Positions 8,777-18,428 of a stretch of 64,000 bases of DNA are shown here, piece by piece. Source of the stretch: Planctomycetota bacterium (lineage in GTDB: Bacteria > Planctomycetota > UBA1135 > UBA2386); the NCBI GenBank assembly GCA_965223545.1, contig OZ245006.1, positions 3,168,001 through 3,232,000 of the forward strand. The letters are read 5' to 3'. The notes beneath the pieces were generated by a model. The model ran no database searches and was not told the DNA's origin. It saw nothing but the letters and a program-made list of their open reading frames with translations. Numbering within the stretch: the first letter of the stretch is position 1; the number at the start of each line of letters is the position of its first letter. The translations under genes and the position numbers were made by a program.

Positions 8777-9367
8777 ATGGATTCGGAATCTCCGCCCCGC
8801 CCGTCGTCACCTCCGCTCGCGGCCGGCCCCCTGAAGATCGTGCGCGCGAAGCTGCACGGCCTTCGGGTGACCGACGCCGACCTCAACTACCACGGCTCGA
8901 TCACGCTCGACCCCGACCAGTGCGACCTGGCCGGGATCTACCCGATGGAGTTCGTCGACATCTGGAACAAGTCCTCCGGTGCGCGGCTGTCGACCTACGT
9001 GATCCACGGCGACCCGGGCTCCAAGTGCTGCGTCCTCAACGGAGCCGCCGCCCGCACGAGCCAGCGCGGCGACGAGCTCATCGTCTGCGCTTCCCAGCAG
9101 ATCGACGTCTTCGAGCTCTACAACGTCAAGCCGCGCATCCTGACGTTCATGCCGGACAACACCGTCGACCAAGTGCTGCAGTACGAGGTCTTCAAGAGCG
9201 AGGCGCGCGCGTTCGACTTCCGCATCGTCGATGTGGACACCGAGCGCTTCGACGAGTGCCACACCTATCCCAACGTCGACGTCGCCGCGATCCGGCGCGA
9301 TCTCGAGCGCCGCGGCTGGGCGGCCGCGGAGATCGACAGCTTCTGCGATCAGTACTTGGCGCTATGA
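8777..9367 (+). CDS. panD: Aspartate 1-decarboxylase with C-terminal extension
   Basis: RAKLH, NYHGSIT (Gly-Ser autocleavage site), RLSTYVI, LNGAAAR. Confidence 0.9.
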   Translation: MDSESPPRPSSPPLAAGPLKIVRAKLHGLRVTDADLNYHGSITLDPDQCDLAGIYPMEFVDIWNKSSGARLSTYVIHGDPGSKCCVLNGAAARTSQRGDELIVCASQQIDVFELYNVKPRILTFMPDNTVDQVLQYEVFKSEARAFDFRIVDVDTERFDECHTYPNVDVAAIRRDLERRGWAAAEIDSFCDQYLAL

Positions 9368-10401
9368 CAAAGACCGCGGCCACCGGCTCCTGGCTGCAGA
9401 CCGCGGCGTACCTGATCATCGTGATCGCCGGCCTGCGGGTCGCCGCGCCGCTGGTCCTGCCAATCCTCGTGGCGGCGATCCTCGCGATCGCGCTGCAATG
9501 GCCGTTGCGCGCGCTGACCCGACGGGGCGTGCCCATGGGGCTCGCGATGACCGGCGTCGGCGGTCTGCTGGTGGTGGTTTCCACCGTGCTCACGCAGCCC
9601 GTGGTCCGCTCGATCTCCCAGTTCCGGCAGAACGCCCCGGCCTACTTGGAGCGGCTCAAGGCCAAGATCGAACCGTTGGTGACGTGGGCCGAGAGCACCC
9701 TCGGCACGGCACCCGAGCCAGACCTGCTGCTGCAACCCGACTCCGTCATGCGCGCGGTGACGGCGACCGCCGAAGGCGCGGTCAACCTGCTGTCCAGCAT
9801 GTTCGTCATCGCGCTCATCACGGTCTTCATGTTGTTCGAGGCGCAGAGCCTGCCAGCCAAGCTGGCGCGGGCGATCGACCCCGAAAAGCGCGCCGCCCTC
9901 GGCGAAGTCGTCGACCGCGTCAATCAATATCTGTCGCTGAAGACCGCGGTGAGCGTGGTGACCGGGGTCTGTGCCGGCGTTCTCACCGCCGCGCTCGGTG
10001 TCGACTTTCCAATCCTCTGGGGCGTGCTGGCATTCGTCTGCAACTACGTCCCGACGATCGGCTCGGTAGTCGCCGCGTTGCCACCGGTCGCGCTCGCCGT
10101 GGTGCAGGGCGACTCCTGGACGCTGCCGCTGCTCACCGCAACGGGCTATCTGCTGATCAACGTCGTGATCGGCAACGTCCTCGAACCGCGGCTGATGGGC
10201 CGCCGCATGGGACTGTCGACCCTCGTGGTCTTTCTGTCCCTGCTGTTCTGGGGCTGGGTCCTGGGACCGATCGGCATGCTGCTGTCGATCCCTCTGACGA
10301 TGACGACGAAGATCGCACTCGAGCACAGCACGCGCTACTCGGTCATCGCGGTGCTGCTCGGCCCGCCACCGCCGGATACGGATCCGGCGGCGCGCAGCTG
10401 A
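9364..10401 (+). CDS. AI-2E family transporter
   Basis: NYVPTIGS, GNVLEPRLMG, FWGWVLGPIGMLLSIPLT motifs. ATGA overlap with panD. Confidence 0.9.
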   Translation: MTKTAATGSWLQTAAYLIIVIAGLRVAAPLVLPILVAAILAIALQWPLRALTRRGVPMGLAMTGVGGLLVVVSTVLTQPVVRSISQFRQNAPAYLERLKAKIEPLVTWAESTLGTAPEPDLLLQPDSVMRAVTATAEGAVNLLSSMFVIALITVFMLFEAQSLPAKLARAIDPEKRAALGEVVDRVNQYLSLKTAVSVVTGVCAGVLTAALGVDFPILWGVLAFVCNYVPTIGSVVAALPPVALAVVQGDSWTLPLLTATGYLLINVVIGNVLEPRLMGRRMGLSTLVVFLSLLFWGWVLGPIGMLLSIPLTMTTKIALEHSTRYSVIAVLLGPPPPDTDPAARS

Positions 10402-10416
10402 GTTGCGGGCGACGGA

Positions 10417-11394
10417 TCAGTCGCCGGTCTTGCCGATCTCGGGCTTGCGCAGGCCCAAGTCGGCGAGCTGACGCTCGCGCTCGACCACGCGCTGCTTCTG
10501 CCGCTGCAGATCGCTGAGCTGCCGCACCAGCTTGACCGTGCGCGGCGCGCTGGGCCCGGCCGCGACCAACGCCCGATCCAGCTGTTCCTGCAGGTCGCGC
10601 TCCTTGGCGTCCAGCGTGTCGAACTCATCGAGCAACCGCATCAGCTTGCCGATGGAGGCATTCGCGCTGCGCTCGTACTCGCGGCGCAGGATGTCGTTCA
10701 TCGCCTTCCACAGCTTGGTCTGCGCCTGCCGGCCACTGAACGTCAAGCGCTTCCCCTCGTCGGCGGTGACCAACATCATGTCCTCGTCCCCGGCGAAGAG
10801 GTTGTGGAAGGGGTGGCCCGGCTCCGCCGCGTGCGGCGGCAGCTTGATGCAGTGGAACCAGCGGGTCAGCAACAGCATGCGCTCGTTGGCCCGCACCTGA
10901 TGGCCGAGCAGCGCCTTGTTGGTCCCCACACAGTTGCCGCACTCGCGCAACACCAGCAACGGCCGCGGGTCGTCGCCGCGCAGGCGAACCAGCACCTCCT
11001 CATAGGTGAGCACCTGATCAGTCTCGCGCGGCACGGGATAGTCCCAGCGGACGCGCAGGCGCTCCCGGCTGGTGTCGCCCCGGGTGAACGTCATCACCAC
11101 ACCCCGCGGCAGTGCCGACCCACCGGTCAACGGCCCGCTGCTGCCGCCGGCATTGGGCGTCGTCGGTGCCGGCGACGTCGGCGATGCCGGGCCAGGCGAG
11201 GACGGCGAGCTCGGCCCAGGGGTCGACGGCCCACTCGGTGTGAACGTGCCCGGCCCGCGCGGCGGCTTCGGCTGCGGGCTGAACGCGTTGGGCGGAGGCG
11301 CCGGCGGACCGTGCGGGACGGCGGCGGCCCACGGCGCCGCGAGCATGGCGGCTGCGGCTCCGAGGACCGTCGCTGTGATGGTCTGACTCTTCAT
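10417..11394 (-). CDS. Secreted protein with Pro/Ser-rich linker, CxxC thioredoxin-like domain and coiled coil
   Basis: Signal peptide MKSQTITATVLGAAAAMLAAPWAAA, PGPSSPS-type low-complexity linker, RPLLVLRECGNC, C-terminal heptads. Confidence 0.65.
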   Translation of the reverse strand: MKSQTITATVLGAAAAMLAAPWAAAVPHGPPAPPPNAFSPQPKPPRGPGTFTPSGPSTPGPSSPSSPGPASPTSPAPTTPNAGGSSGPLTGGSALPRGVVMTFTRGDTSRERLRVRWDYPVPRETDQVLTYEEVLVRLRGDDPRPLLVLRECGNCVGTNKALLGHQVRANERMLLLTRWFHCIKLPPHAAEPGHPFHNLFAGDEDMMLVTADEGKRLTFSGRQAQTKLWKAMNDILRREYERSANASIGKLMRLLDEFDTLDAKERDLQEQLDRALVAAGPSAPRTVKLVRQLSDLQRQKQRVVERERQLADLGLRKPEIGKTGD

Positions 11395-11537
11395 CTGCTT
11401 CCTCTTGTGTTCCTCTTGATCGTGCAATTCTCAGGCGGACGGGCGAGGTCCGCGCTGCTGATAAGGACTTCGCCGGAGAGCGTCCCACTGAGCAGGGTCG
11501 GGGAGGATTTCCCTGCTCGGCTCCGTGAGCGGACCGC

Positions 11538-12665
11538 TCAGCGCTGGAAGATCGGGAGGTACTGATACGGAATCTGCAGCACCAGGGTGGCGACCGCTGT
11601 GGAGAACGACTCGCCGGGCCCCGCGGTGCACGGCCACGCGCCCGAGCTCTCCTGCATGTCGAGGAGCTGGCGCCGGGTCGCGGTGAAGTAGCTGCGCCAC
11701 GCGCTGCCGCCGGCGATGTAGAACGCCTGCGTCGCGTAGTAGTGGCCGTAGTAGAAGAAGTAGTGCCCGGCGTAGTAGCTGTTGAACTGCGCCAGGTTAG
11801 TCAGCATGAAGTCGATGCCGCGGCGGATGATCTCGTCGTCGTAGATGCCCGCGGCGAACAGCGTGGTGACGCCCGCCGCGGTCAACGCGAACGACGTCCT
11901 ACTGCGGCTCTGCAGCTGGTAGCGGAACGCGCCGCCGTCCTCCATCATGTGGCTCAGCCGGTAGCCGCCGCGGTAGTGGCGGCGACCACGTCCGCTGCCC
12001 TCCACCGCGCTGAGGCGCACGTAGAGCTCGGCGTCCTTGATGGTCCGAAACGGCACGCTGATCCCGACGTTGCGCGCCGACCGCAACGCGATCACCTGAC
12101 ACACCGTGATCGACATGTCGGATTCGTTCGAGAACGGCCGGTAGCGCCACCCGCCCTCCGAGTTCTGCGAATCGACGATCAGGTTGACGCTCTTCTGCAA
12201 CGCGGCGCGCACCGCGGCGCGCGGCGTCATCCCGTAGATCTCCGCCAAGAACAGGGTGGCGAACGCGTGGCTGTACATGCGCGAGTCGCCGTCGGTGATG
12301 TAGCCGTCGTCCCGCACACAGCCGACGATGTAGTCGAGACCGCGCTCGAGGAGGTCACCGTACTGCCCTCGACCCGGAACGTGCCCACCGGCCAAGAAGC
12401 TCATCAGCGCCAGCGAGGTCACGCCGACGTGCGGCGCGCGCGGCAACGTCACGTGGTAGTTCGCCCGCAGCTTGAAGCCGATGTCCTGCGCCCAGAAGCC
12501 GTCGGCGTGCTGGCGCGCAGCGAGCCATTCGTGGCCGCGCTCGACGGCGGCCTGCAGCTCGGGCGTCAACGCCCAATCCGTTTGCCCGACCTCGCCCTGT
12601 CGCTGTGCGGCCGCGACCACACAGAAGACCGGGGCGATCACCCATCCGCCGATCGACCGTCTCAT
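11538..12665 (-). CDS. Prenyltransferase/squalene-oxidase repeat protein (secreted)
   Basis: QW-like repeats WLAARQHADGFW, SQNSEGGWRY, MQESSGAW. MYSHAFATLFLAE motif. Confidence 0.85.
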   Translation of the reverse strand: MRRSIGGWVIAPVFCVVAAAQRQGEVGQTDWALTPELQAAVERGHEWLAARQHADGFWAQDIGFKLRANYHVTLPRAPHVGVTSLALMSFLAGGHVPGRGQYGDLLERGLDYIVGCVRDDGYITDGDSRMYSHAFATLFLAEIYGMTPRAAVRAALQKSVNLIVDSQNSEGGWRYRPFSNESDMSITVCQVIALRSARNVGISVPFRTIKDAELYVRLSAVEGSGRGRRHYRGGYRLSHMMEDGGAFRYQLQSRSRTSFALTAAGVTTLFAAGIYDDEIIRRGIDFMLTNLAQFNSYYAGHYFFYYGHYYATQAFYIAGGSAWRSYFTATRRQLLDMQESSGAWPCTAGPGESFSTAVATLVLQIPYQYLPIFQR

Positions 12666-12884
12666 GAGTCCCAACATAACCCGACGTGCCGACCCGGCGG
12701 CCGGGTCCGCCGCGGACGCCCATGTGCGGGTCCGGTCCTGTCTCGCTGGCCTGAACATTCCGTTTCACCTCCCGAGAGATCAACTCACCTGGTACGAGGT
12801 TTGCACTGCTCTGCTGAAGTCGGCAGCAGCCGAGCCCCCCACTGGCTTCTGTCGTCGTAGCGGACGCTCGATCTACGAACGAAG

Positions 12885-13088
12885 ATGCTGGTCTACGGAA
12901 CACTCCTGGCAATTCCCCTCTGGGCAGCCCTGCTGTCTGCGGTCGCTGTCGTGGCCCGCTGGACGGGTTGTGAGGAGCTCGCGGCCCCGTTGGCGGCCGT
13001 CTCGGTGGGGTTGATCGCGACGGCTCTTGCCGCCGTCCCAGCAGCCTGGGCCACCCGGTGGCTCGTGCGCCATCGCCAGCACAGCTGA
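12885..13088 (+). CDS. Small two-TM membrane protein
   Basis: 67-aa ORF with two hydrophobic segments, filling the intergenic gap. Confidence 0.45.
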   Translation: MLVYGTLLAIPLWAALLSAVAVVARWTGCEELAAPLAAVSVGLIATALAAVPAAWATRWLVRHRQHS

Positions 13089-13107
13089 CGAAGTTCCGCC
13101 GACACCG

Positions 13108-13743
13108 TCAACGATCCGACGGCGGCGTGCCGCCGCCTGGCGGGGAGAGCACCTCGACGCGCGCGCGGCTGCGGTCGATCAACGCAGCAATCAGCGACGC
13201 GCATTGGTCGTCGGGGACCCGCACCGCGGCGGACACCACCTCGCCGTACTCGGCATCGGACAGGCGCAGGTTCCGACTGGCCAGCACGGCTTCCACCCCG
13301 CGCGTGCAGTCGAACGGGAACCGGATCAGAATCTCTACAACCTCATTTTTGATAGAGACTTCTGCCCGATCGAGCACCTGCCCCGCGGCACCGCCGTAGG
13401 CGCGGATCAGCCCGCCGACCCCCAGCTTGGTGCCGCCGAACCACCGGCTGACCACGACCACCACGTCGCTCAGGTCGTGGCCCTCGATCTGCGCCAGAAT
13501 CGGCCTTCCCGCCGAGCCTCCCGGCTCGCCGTCATCGGCGCAGCGAAACGAGCGCCCGCCGAGTCCCAGGCGGTAGGCCCAGCAATGGTGGGTGGCGTTC
13601 CGGTGCGCGGCGCGGACCCGCTCGAGCCATGCCAAGGCCTCGGCCTCGCTACACACCGGTGCCGCCGACGCGACGAACCGCGAACCCTTGACCTTGGGCG
13701 GCTCGTGTTGGACGGGCCCGCCGATCGAGCGGAACGCCGGCAT
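13108..13743 (-). CDS. YigZ/IMPACT family protein
   Basis: KGSRF, ATHHCWAY, DDGEPGGSAGRPIL, RWFGGTKLGVGGLIRAY. Confidence 0.92.
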   Translation of the reverse strand: MPAFRSIGGPVQHEPPKVKGSRFVASAAPVCSEAEALAWLERVRAAHRNATHHCWAYRLGLGGRSFRCADDGEPGGSAGRPILAQIEGHDLSDVVVVVSRWFGGTKLGVGGLIRAYGGAAGQVLDRAEVSIKNEVVEILIRFPFDCTRGVEAVLASRNLRLSDAEYGEVVSAAVRVPDDQCASLIAALIDRSRARVEVLSPPGGGTPPSDR

Positions 13744-13780
13744 GGAGCCACCATAGTTGCCCGCCAGCGCCGCAACATAG

Positions 13781-13796
13781 TTGAGTATATACTGAA
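13781..13796. promoter_or_regulatory. Palindromic operator upstream of arsR-family gene
   Basis: TTgAGTATATACTgAA with perfect 10-bp core AGTATATACT, AT-rich, directly before the ATG at 13797. Confidence 0.6.
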
Positions 13797-14129
13797 ATGA
13801 TGATCGGTGCCCTGCAGACTCCCCGCCGCCGCGAGCTCTTGCGGTTGGTGTGGCAGAGCGAGCGGAGCGCCGGCGAGCTCCACTCCGCCATGCCCGAAGT
13901 GTCGTTCGGCGCGATCTCCCAGCACTTGCGCGTGCTGCGCGAGGCCGGCCTGGTCGAAGTCCGCCGCGACGGGCGCCGCCGGTTGTACCGCGCCAGACCC
14001 GAGGCGCTGGGGCCCCTGCGCCAGTGGCTGCTCGCCAGCTGGGACGACGCCCTCTATCGGCTCAAGCTCGCCGCCGAGCTCGAGCACGCGCGCCGGGGTC
14101 CGCGACCCACACACCCTGACCCTCGATGA
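13797..14129 (+). CDS. ArsR/SmtB family transcriptional regulator
   Basis: RRRELLRL…AISQHLRVLREAGLVEVRRDGRRRLY winged helix. Confidence 0.9.
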   Translation: MMIGALQTPRRRELLRLVWQSERSAGELHSAMPEVSFGAISQHLRVLREAGLVEVRRDGRRRLYRARPEALGPLRQWLLASWDDALYRLKLAAELEHARRGPRPTHPDPR

Positions 14130-14914
14130 GTTTCGACATGACCGACCTCCCCCACTCGCTCGAACGCCGCATCCACATCCGCGCACCGCGCGCGGTCGTG
14201 TTCCGCTTCCTCACCGAGACCACCGGGTTCGCGCGCTGGTGGGGCGAGGGCTCCAGCATCGACGCGCGACCCGGCGGCGCCGTGCGCATCCACTATCCCA
14301 ACGGCGTCATCGCCGGAGGCGAGGTCCGCGAAGTCGTCGATGGCGAGCGGCTGGTGTTCACCTACGGCTACGAGAGCGGCACCCCGCTGCCACTCGGGAG
14401 CACTCGAGTCACCATCGAGCTGCACGACGATGCGCCCGGGACGACGCTGTGTCTGCGCCACGAGCTCGGCGACGCCGCGCTGCGCGATGCACACCTGCCC
14501 GGCTGGAGCTATCAGCTGGCGGTGTTCGCCAACTTGGTGGCCGACGAGCAGCACGCCCGCGCGGACCGCGAGGTCGATCGCTTCTTTGCCAGCTGGTCGA
14601 TCCCCGACGACGAGACCCGACGGAAAGAGCTGCAGCGCACGGTCACCGACGACCTGTGCTACCGCGACCGCCACGGCCTCGCCGCGAGCCGGAGCGAGTT
14701 CGAAGCGCACGTCGCCGCGGTCCAACAGCACGTTGGCCGAGCGACCGTGCGGCGCGCGGGCGACGTGCACCACTGCCAGGGTCGCGTGTTGGCGCGCTGG
14801 GAGGCGGTGGACTCGGACGGCGCGCCCTTCGCGAGCGGCACCAACGTGTTCGAGCTGGCCGCCGACGGTCGGATTCGCGACGTCGTGGCGTTCTGGGACG
14901 CCCCGAATCGCTGA
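14126..14914 (+). CDS. SRPBCC (AHSA1-like) plus SnoaL-like domain protein
   Basis: IRAPRAVVFRFLT…DARPGG…HLPGW, followed by an NTF2-like domain ending GRIRDVVAFW. Confidence 0.8.
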   Translation: MSFDMTDLPHSLERRIHIRAPRAVVFRFLTETTGFARWWGEGSSIDARPGGAVRIHYPNGVIAGGEVREVVDGERLVFTYGYESGTPLPLGSTRVTIELHDDAPGTTLCLRHELGDAALRDAHLPGWSYQLAVFANLVADEQHARADREVDRFFASWSIPDDETRRKELQRTVTDDLCYRDRHGLAASRSEFEAHVAAVQQHVGRATVRRAGDVHHCQGRVLARWEAVDSDGAPFASGTNVFELAADGRIRDVVAFWDAPNR

Positions 14915-14926
14915 CGCCCGCCGCCG

Positions 14927-15274
14927 TCAGGTGAGCAGGCTCGGCCGCAGCTCGCAGATCGCGCCAGAGACGAACGCGGCCGCGCGCTGCAGCGCGCGCT
15001 GGCGCGGCGCGTCATCGCCGTGCGCCTCCATCAGCTCGACCAAGTTGGTGCGCAACGTTCCGATCTTGCCCGACAGCTCGTCCGACGAGTCGGCGGACAA
15101 GGTCACCGCCAGCCGGAGCTGCTTCAGCGCGTCCGCTGCGGTGTCCACCAGATCCGGGTCGAGGCCCAGCTGCTTGGCCAGCGCGGCGACTTCCTGGTGC
15201 AAGGCGACCAGGGCGTCGCGCAACTCGCTACCGCTCATCGAGACCTGCCGCGTCGCTTGCTCCTGATCCACCAT
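14927..15274 (-). CDS. Hypothetical helical protein
   Basis: 115-aa ATG ORF filling the gap, amphipathic helical composition. Confidence 0.55.
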   Translation of the reverse strand: MVDQEQATRQVSMSGSELRDALVALHQEVAALAKQLGLDPDLVDTAADALKQLRLAVTLSADSSDELSGKIGTLRTNLVELMEAHGDDAPRQRALQRAAAFVSGAICELRPSLLT

Positions 15275-15314
15275 GTCTGCGGTGATCGACCTCCGACGGG
15301 TTAGAACTTGAGCC

Positions 15315-16703
15315 GTGCATCCCCTCCCAACGTGTGTCGCGATGCTCTACATCGCCGCCGTCCACGGCGCACCCTCGGCGACCGCGGCAGTGGCGCAGAC
15401 GCGGCCCAACGTCGTCGTGCTGCTGGTCGATGACATGGGCTACGCCGACCTCGGCTGCTACGGGCACGAAGTCCACCGCACTCCGCACATCGACGCCCTG
15501 GCGGCCGACGGGGTGCGCTTCACCAACGCCTACGCCAACGCACCCAACTGCGCGCCGTCGCGCGCCAGCCTGCTGACCGGTCAGTATCCGCCGCGGCACG
15601 GGATCTACACGGTGGGATCTCCGGCGCGCGGCCGCGCCGCCGACCGGCGGCTGGTGCCACCGCCCAATCGAACGGCGCTCCGGGACGAAGAACGGACCCT
15701 GGCGGAGGGCCTCGCCGGCCGCGGCTACCGCACGGCGTGCATCGGCAAATGGCACCTCGGCGCAGACCCGGCGAGCCAGGGCTTCGAGCACTGTGTCGCC
15801 GGCAACGAGGCCGGTCATCCGCGCAGCTACTTCAGTGGTTACGACAACCCCGATCTCCCCGATGGGCCCGAGGGCGAGTATCTGACCGATCGCCTCACCG
15901 ACGAAGCGGTCGCCTTCATCGACAGCACCGCGAGAGAGCCGTTCTTCCTGCTGCTGTCGTACTTCGCGGTGCACACGCCGGTGCAGGGCCGCGCCGATCT
16001 CGTCGCGTCCTATCGAGAGCGCTACCGCGGCCGCGGGGCCAACGGCCTGCGGCGCCGCGCGGAGTACGCGGCGATGGTGGGCGCGGTCGACGAGAGCGTT
16101 GGCCGTGTGCTCGACGCGTTGCGGCGGCACGAGATCGCGGATCGGACGATCGTCGTCCTGCTGTCCGACAACGGCGGGCACGGTGGGTTCACCACGATGG
16201 CACCGCTGCGGGGCTCCAAGGGCATGCTCTACGAGGGCGGCATCCGCGTGCCCATGATCGCGCGCTGGCCCGGCGTCACGCGCGCCGGCCTTGTCGAGGA
16301 CACGCCCGTGATGGCGCTCGACTGGACGGCGACGCTGTCGGCGGCGGCCGGTGTGCCAGCCGACGCCGACCGCCCCCTCGACGGCGTCGATCTGCGCGGC
16401 CTGCTGACCGGCGAGGCGGCGCTGCAACCGCGCGCGCTCCACTGGCACTTCCCGGCCTACCTGGAGGCCTACTCGGCGCGCGGGGGCCCGTGGCGCACGA
16501 CCCCTGCGGCCGCAGTGCGCATCGGTCGCTTCAAGGCCATCGAGTTCTTCGAGGACCAGCGGCTCGAGCTGTACGATCTGCGCGACGATCCCGGCGAGAC
16601 CCGCGATCTCGCGGCGTCTTCGCCGGAGCGCGCGGCCGCAATGCGGACCACGCTCGAGGAGTGGCGTGCGGCCACCGGGGCGGCGATGCCCACCAGCCAC
16701 TGA
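15315..16703 (+). CDS. Formylglycine-dependent sulfatase
   Basis: PNVVVLLVDDMG, CAPSRASLLTG signature, GKWHLG, SDNGG, LYEGGIRVP. Confidence 0.95.
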   Translation: MHPLPTCVAMLYIAAVHGAPSATAAVAQTRPNVVVLLVDDMGYADLGCYGHEVHRTPHIDALAADGVRFTNAYANAPNCAPSRASLLTGQYPPRHGIYTVGSPARGRAADRRLVPPPNRTALRDEERTLAEGLAGRGYRTACIGKWHLGADPASQGFEHCVAGNEAGHPRSYFSGYDNPDLPDGPEGEYLTDRLTDEAVAFIDSTAREPFFLLLSYFAVHTPVQGRADLVASYRERYRGRGANGLRRRAEYAAMVGAVDESVGRVLDALRRHEIADRTIVVLLSDNGGHGGFTTMAPLRGSKGMLYEGGIRVPMIARWPGVTRAGLVEDTPVMALDWTATLSAAAGVPADADRPLDGVDLRGLLTGEAALQPRALHWHFPAYLEAYSARGGPWRTTPAAAVRIGRFKAIEFFEDQRLELYDLRDDPGETRDLAASSPERAAAMRTTLEEWRAATGAAMPTSH

Positions 16704-16745
16704 CGGGGCATCGCGCGGGCACGCGCGGAACGGCACAATGACGAC

Positions 16746-18428
16746 GTGCCCTTCAAAGGCTTCGTCGAAGCGGCGTCGCTCGTAGCCCTCCCCCTGCTGG
16801 CAGCCTGCGCCACCTGCCAAGACCATCCGCTGTTTGCCCTGCGCGCAGACGGCCACTCCAGGATTCCGCGCGCGCACGCCGAAGCGATCGACGCCGCGCT
16901 GCGCTGGCTGGTCGATCACCAGGCGCGCAGCCCCGACGATCCGCGCCGGGATGGCCGCTTTGAAGCCGGCAGGTTCGAGCGGTGCTGCCCTCCCGACGAC
17001 CCGTGCGCCGGCGCGGGCAGTGTGACCTACGACGTCGGTACCAGTGCACTGGCGCTGCTCGCGCTCATGGCAGGCCCGTCCGGTCAACCCGGCGGGGCAC
17101 ACTACGGCGCCATCGAACGCGGACTTGGCTGGCTGGTGCGAGAGCAGCGCGACGACGGCGTCTTCAGCACCGATGCGGCCCACGATTTCATCTACGGCCA
17201 AGTGATCGCCACGCTCGCCCTCTGCGAAGCGCACGGTCTCTACGGCGGCGATCGTTGGGGCACCGCCGCGCGACGCGCCGTCGGCGACCTGGCCCAGCGC
17301 CGGCATCCGTACGGTGGGTGGCGGTATCAACGCAACGAGGACGGCGACACTTCCGTGACCACGTGGTGCGCGCAGACGCTCGCGGTGGCGCACGCGGTGG
17401 GTCTCGTCGACGACCGCGCTGCGCTGGGACCGGTCAGCAGCTTCTACGACCGGGTGACGAGCCTGGTCACCGGTCGGGCCGGATACACGGATGCGGGACA
17501 ACCATCGGCTCGGACCAGTCCCGACCACCAAACGCAGTTCCCACCCGATCTGGGCGAAGCGCTGACCGCAGCCGCCCTGTACGGGCGCACTTGGCTGGAC
17601 GATCGCATCCTGCACTTGTCCGTCTACGAGCGCGCGTTCGAGGCCATCGAGGCCTCGCCGCCGCGCGGGCAGCCCGGCGGCGCGGTCGATTTTTACTACT
17701 GGTACTACGGGTGCTACGCGCTCGCGTCGTGCGACCGCGGAGACGAATGGCGCGAGACCCTGGCTGATCTACTCCTGCGCCAGCAGCGCGACGACGCGCA
17801 CGCCGCAGGGTCGTGGGATCCGGTGGGCGCCTGGGGCGAGAGCGGTGGGCGGATCTACACGACCGCGATGGCCGCGCTGATCCTGCAGGCGCCGTTTCGC
17901 TACCATCGACCCAACCCGGTCGCGGCGCTGGCGGCGGAGAGTGGCGCCACCGACCTCGGGGGCATGGAACGGCATCTCGCGGGCGGGCGGGTGGATCGAT
18001 TCGCGGCGGCGCGGGAGCGCATGGAAGAACGCGAGGACCTCGATGCCGCGACCCGAGAGGCACTGCCAGAGCTGATCGCCATCCAGCAGCGCGCGGAGGC
18101 CGCGGGCCAGCGCGCGCTGCGCTGGCTGACCGACACGCGGCACTACGTCGACGCCAAAGAGGGCCTCGAGGAGCTGGCGGACGACTTCGGCGATCTCGCG
18201 CCGGGGGCGGAGGCACGGCAGGTGCTGGCCGCGTGGCGGCGTGATCCGCGCGTGCGCAGCGAAGTGCGGGCGATCGAGGACTTCCGCGCGCTGCAAGCAC
18301 GCTTCTCCGGCAGAAAGGCGACGGCGAGTGCTGTTGCCAAGGCGATGGAAGCGTTCCTGCGCAAGCACCAGGGCACGGACGCCGCCCGCGACGCCGAAGA
18401 CTGGCGGCGTGGCCTTTCACTCCGGTAG
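16746..18428 (+). CDS. Prenyltransferase/squalene-oxidase repeat protein with C-terminal helical domain
   Basis: ALRWLVDHQ, WLVREQRDDG, GGWRY, DTSVTTW, YYWYYG, GSWDPVGAWGESGGRIYTTA. Confidence 0.8.
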   Translation: MPFKGFVEAASLVALPLLAACATCQDHPLFALRADGHSRIPRAHAEAIDAALRWLVDHQARSPDDPRRDGRFEAGRFERCCPPDDPCAGAGSVTYDVGTSALALLALMAGPSGQPGGAHYGAIERGLGWLVREQRDDGVFSTDAAHDFIYGQVIATLALCEAHGLYGGDRWGTAARRAVGDLAQRRHPYGGWRYQRNEDGDTSVTTWCAQTLAVAHAVGLVDDRAALGPVSSFYDRVTSLVTGRAGYTDAGQPSARTSPDHQTQFPPDLGEALTAAALYGRTWLDDRILHLSVYERAFEAIEASPPRGQPGGAVDFYYWYYGCYALASCDRGDEWRETLADLLLRQQRDDAHAAGSWDPVGAWGESGGRIYTTAMAALILQAPFRYHRPNPVAALAAESGATDLGGMERHLAGGRVDRFAAARERMEEREDLDAATREALPELIAIQQRAEAAGQRALRWLTDTRHYVDAKEGLEELADDFGDLAPGAEARQVLAAWRRDPRVRSEVRAIEDFRALQARFSGRKATASAVAKAMEAFLRKHQGTDAARDAEDWRRGLSLR

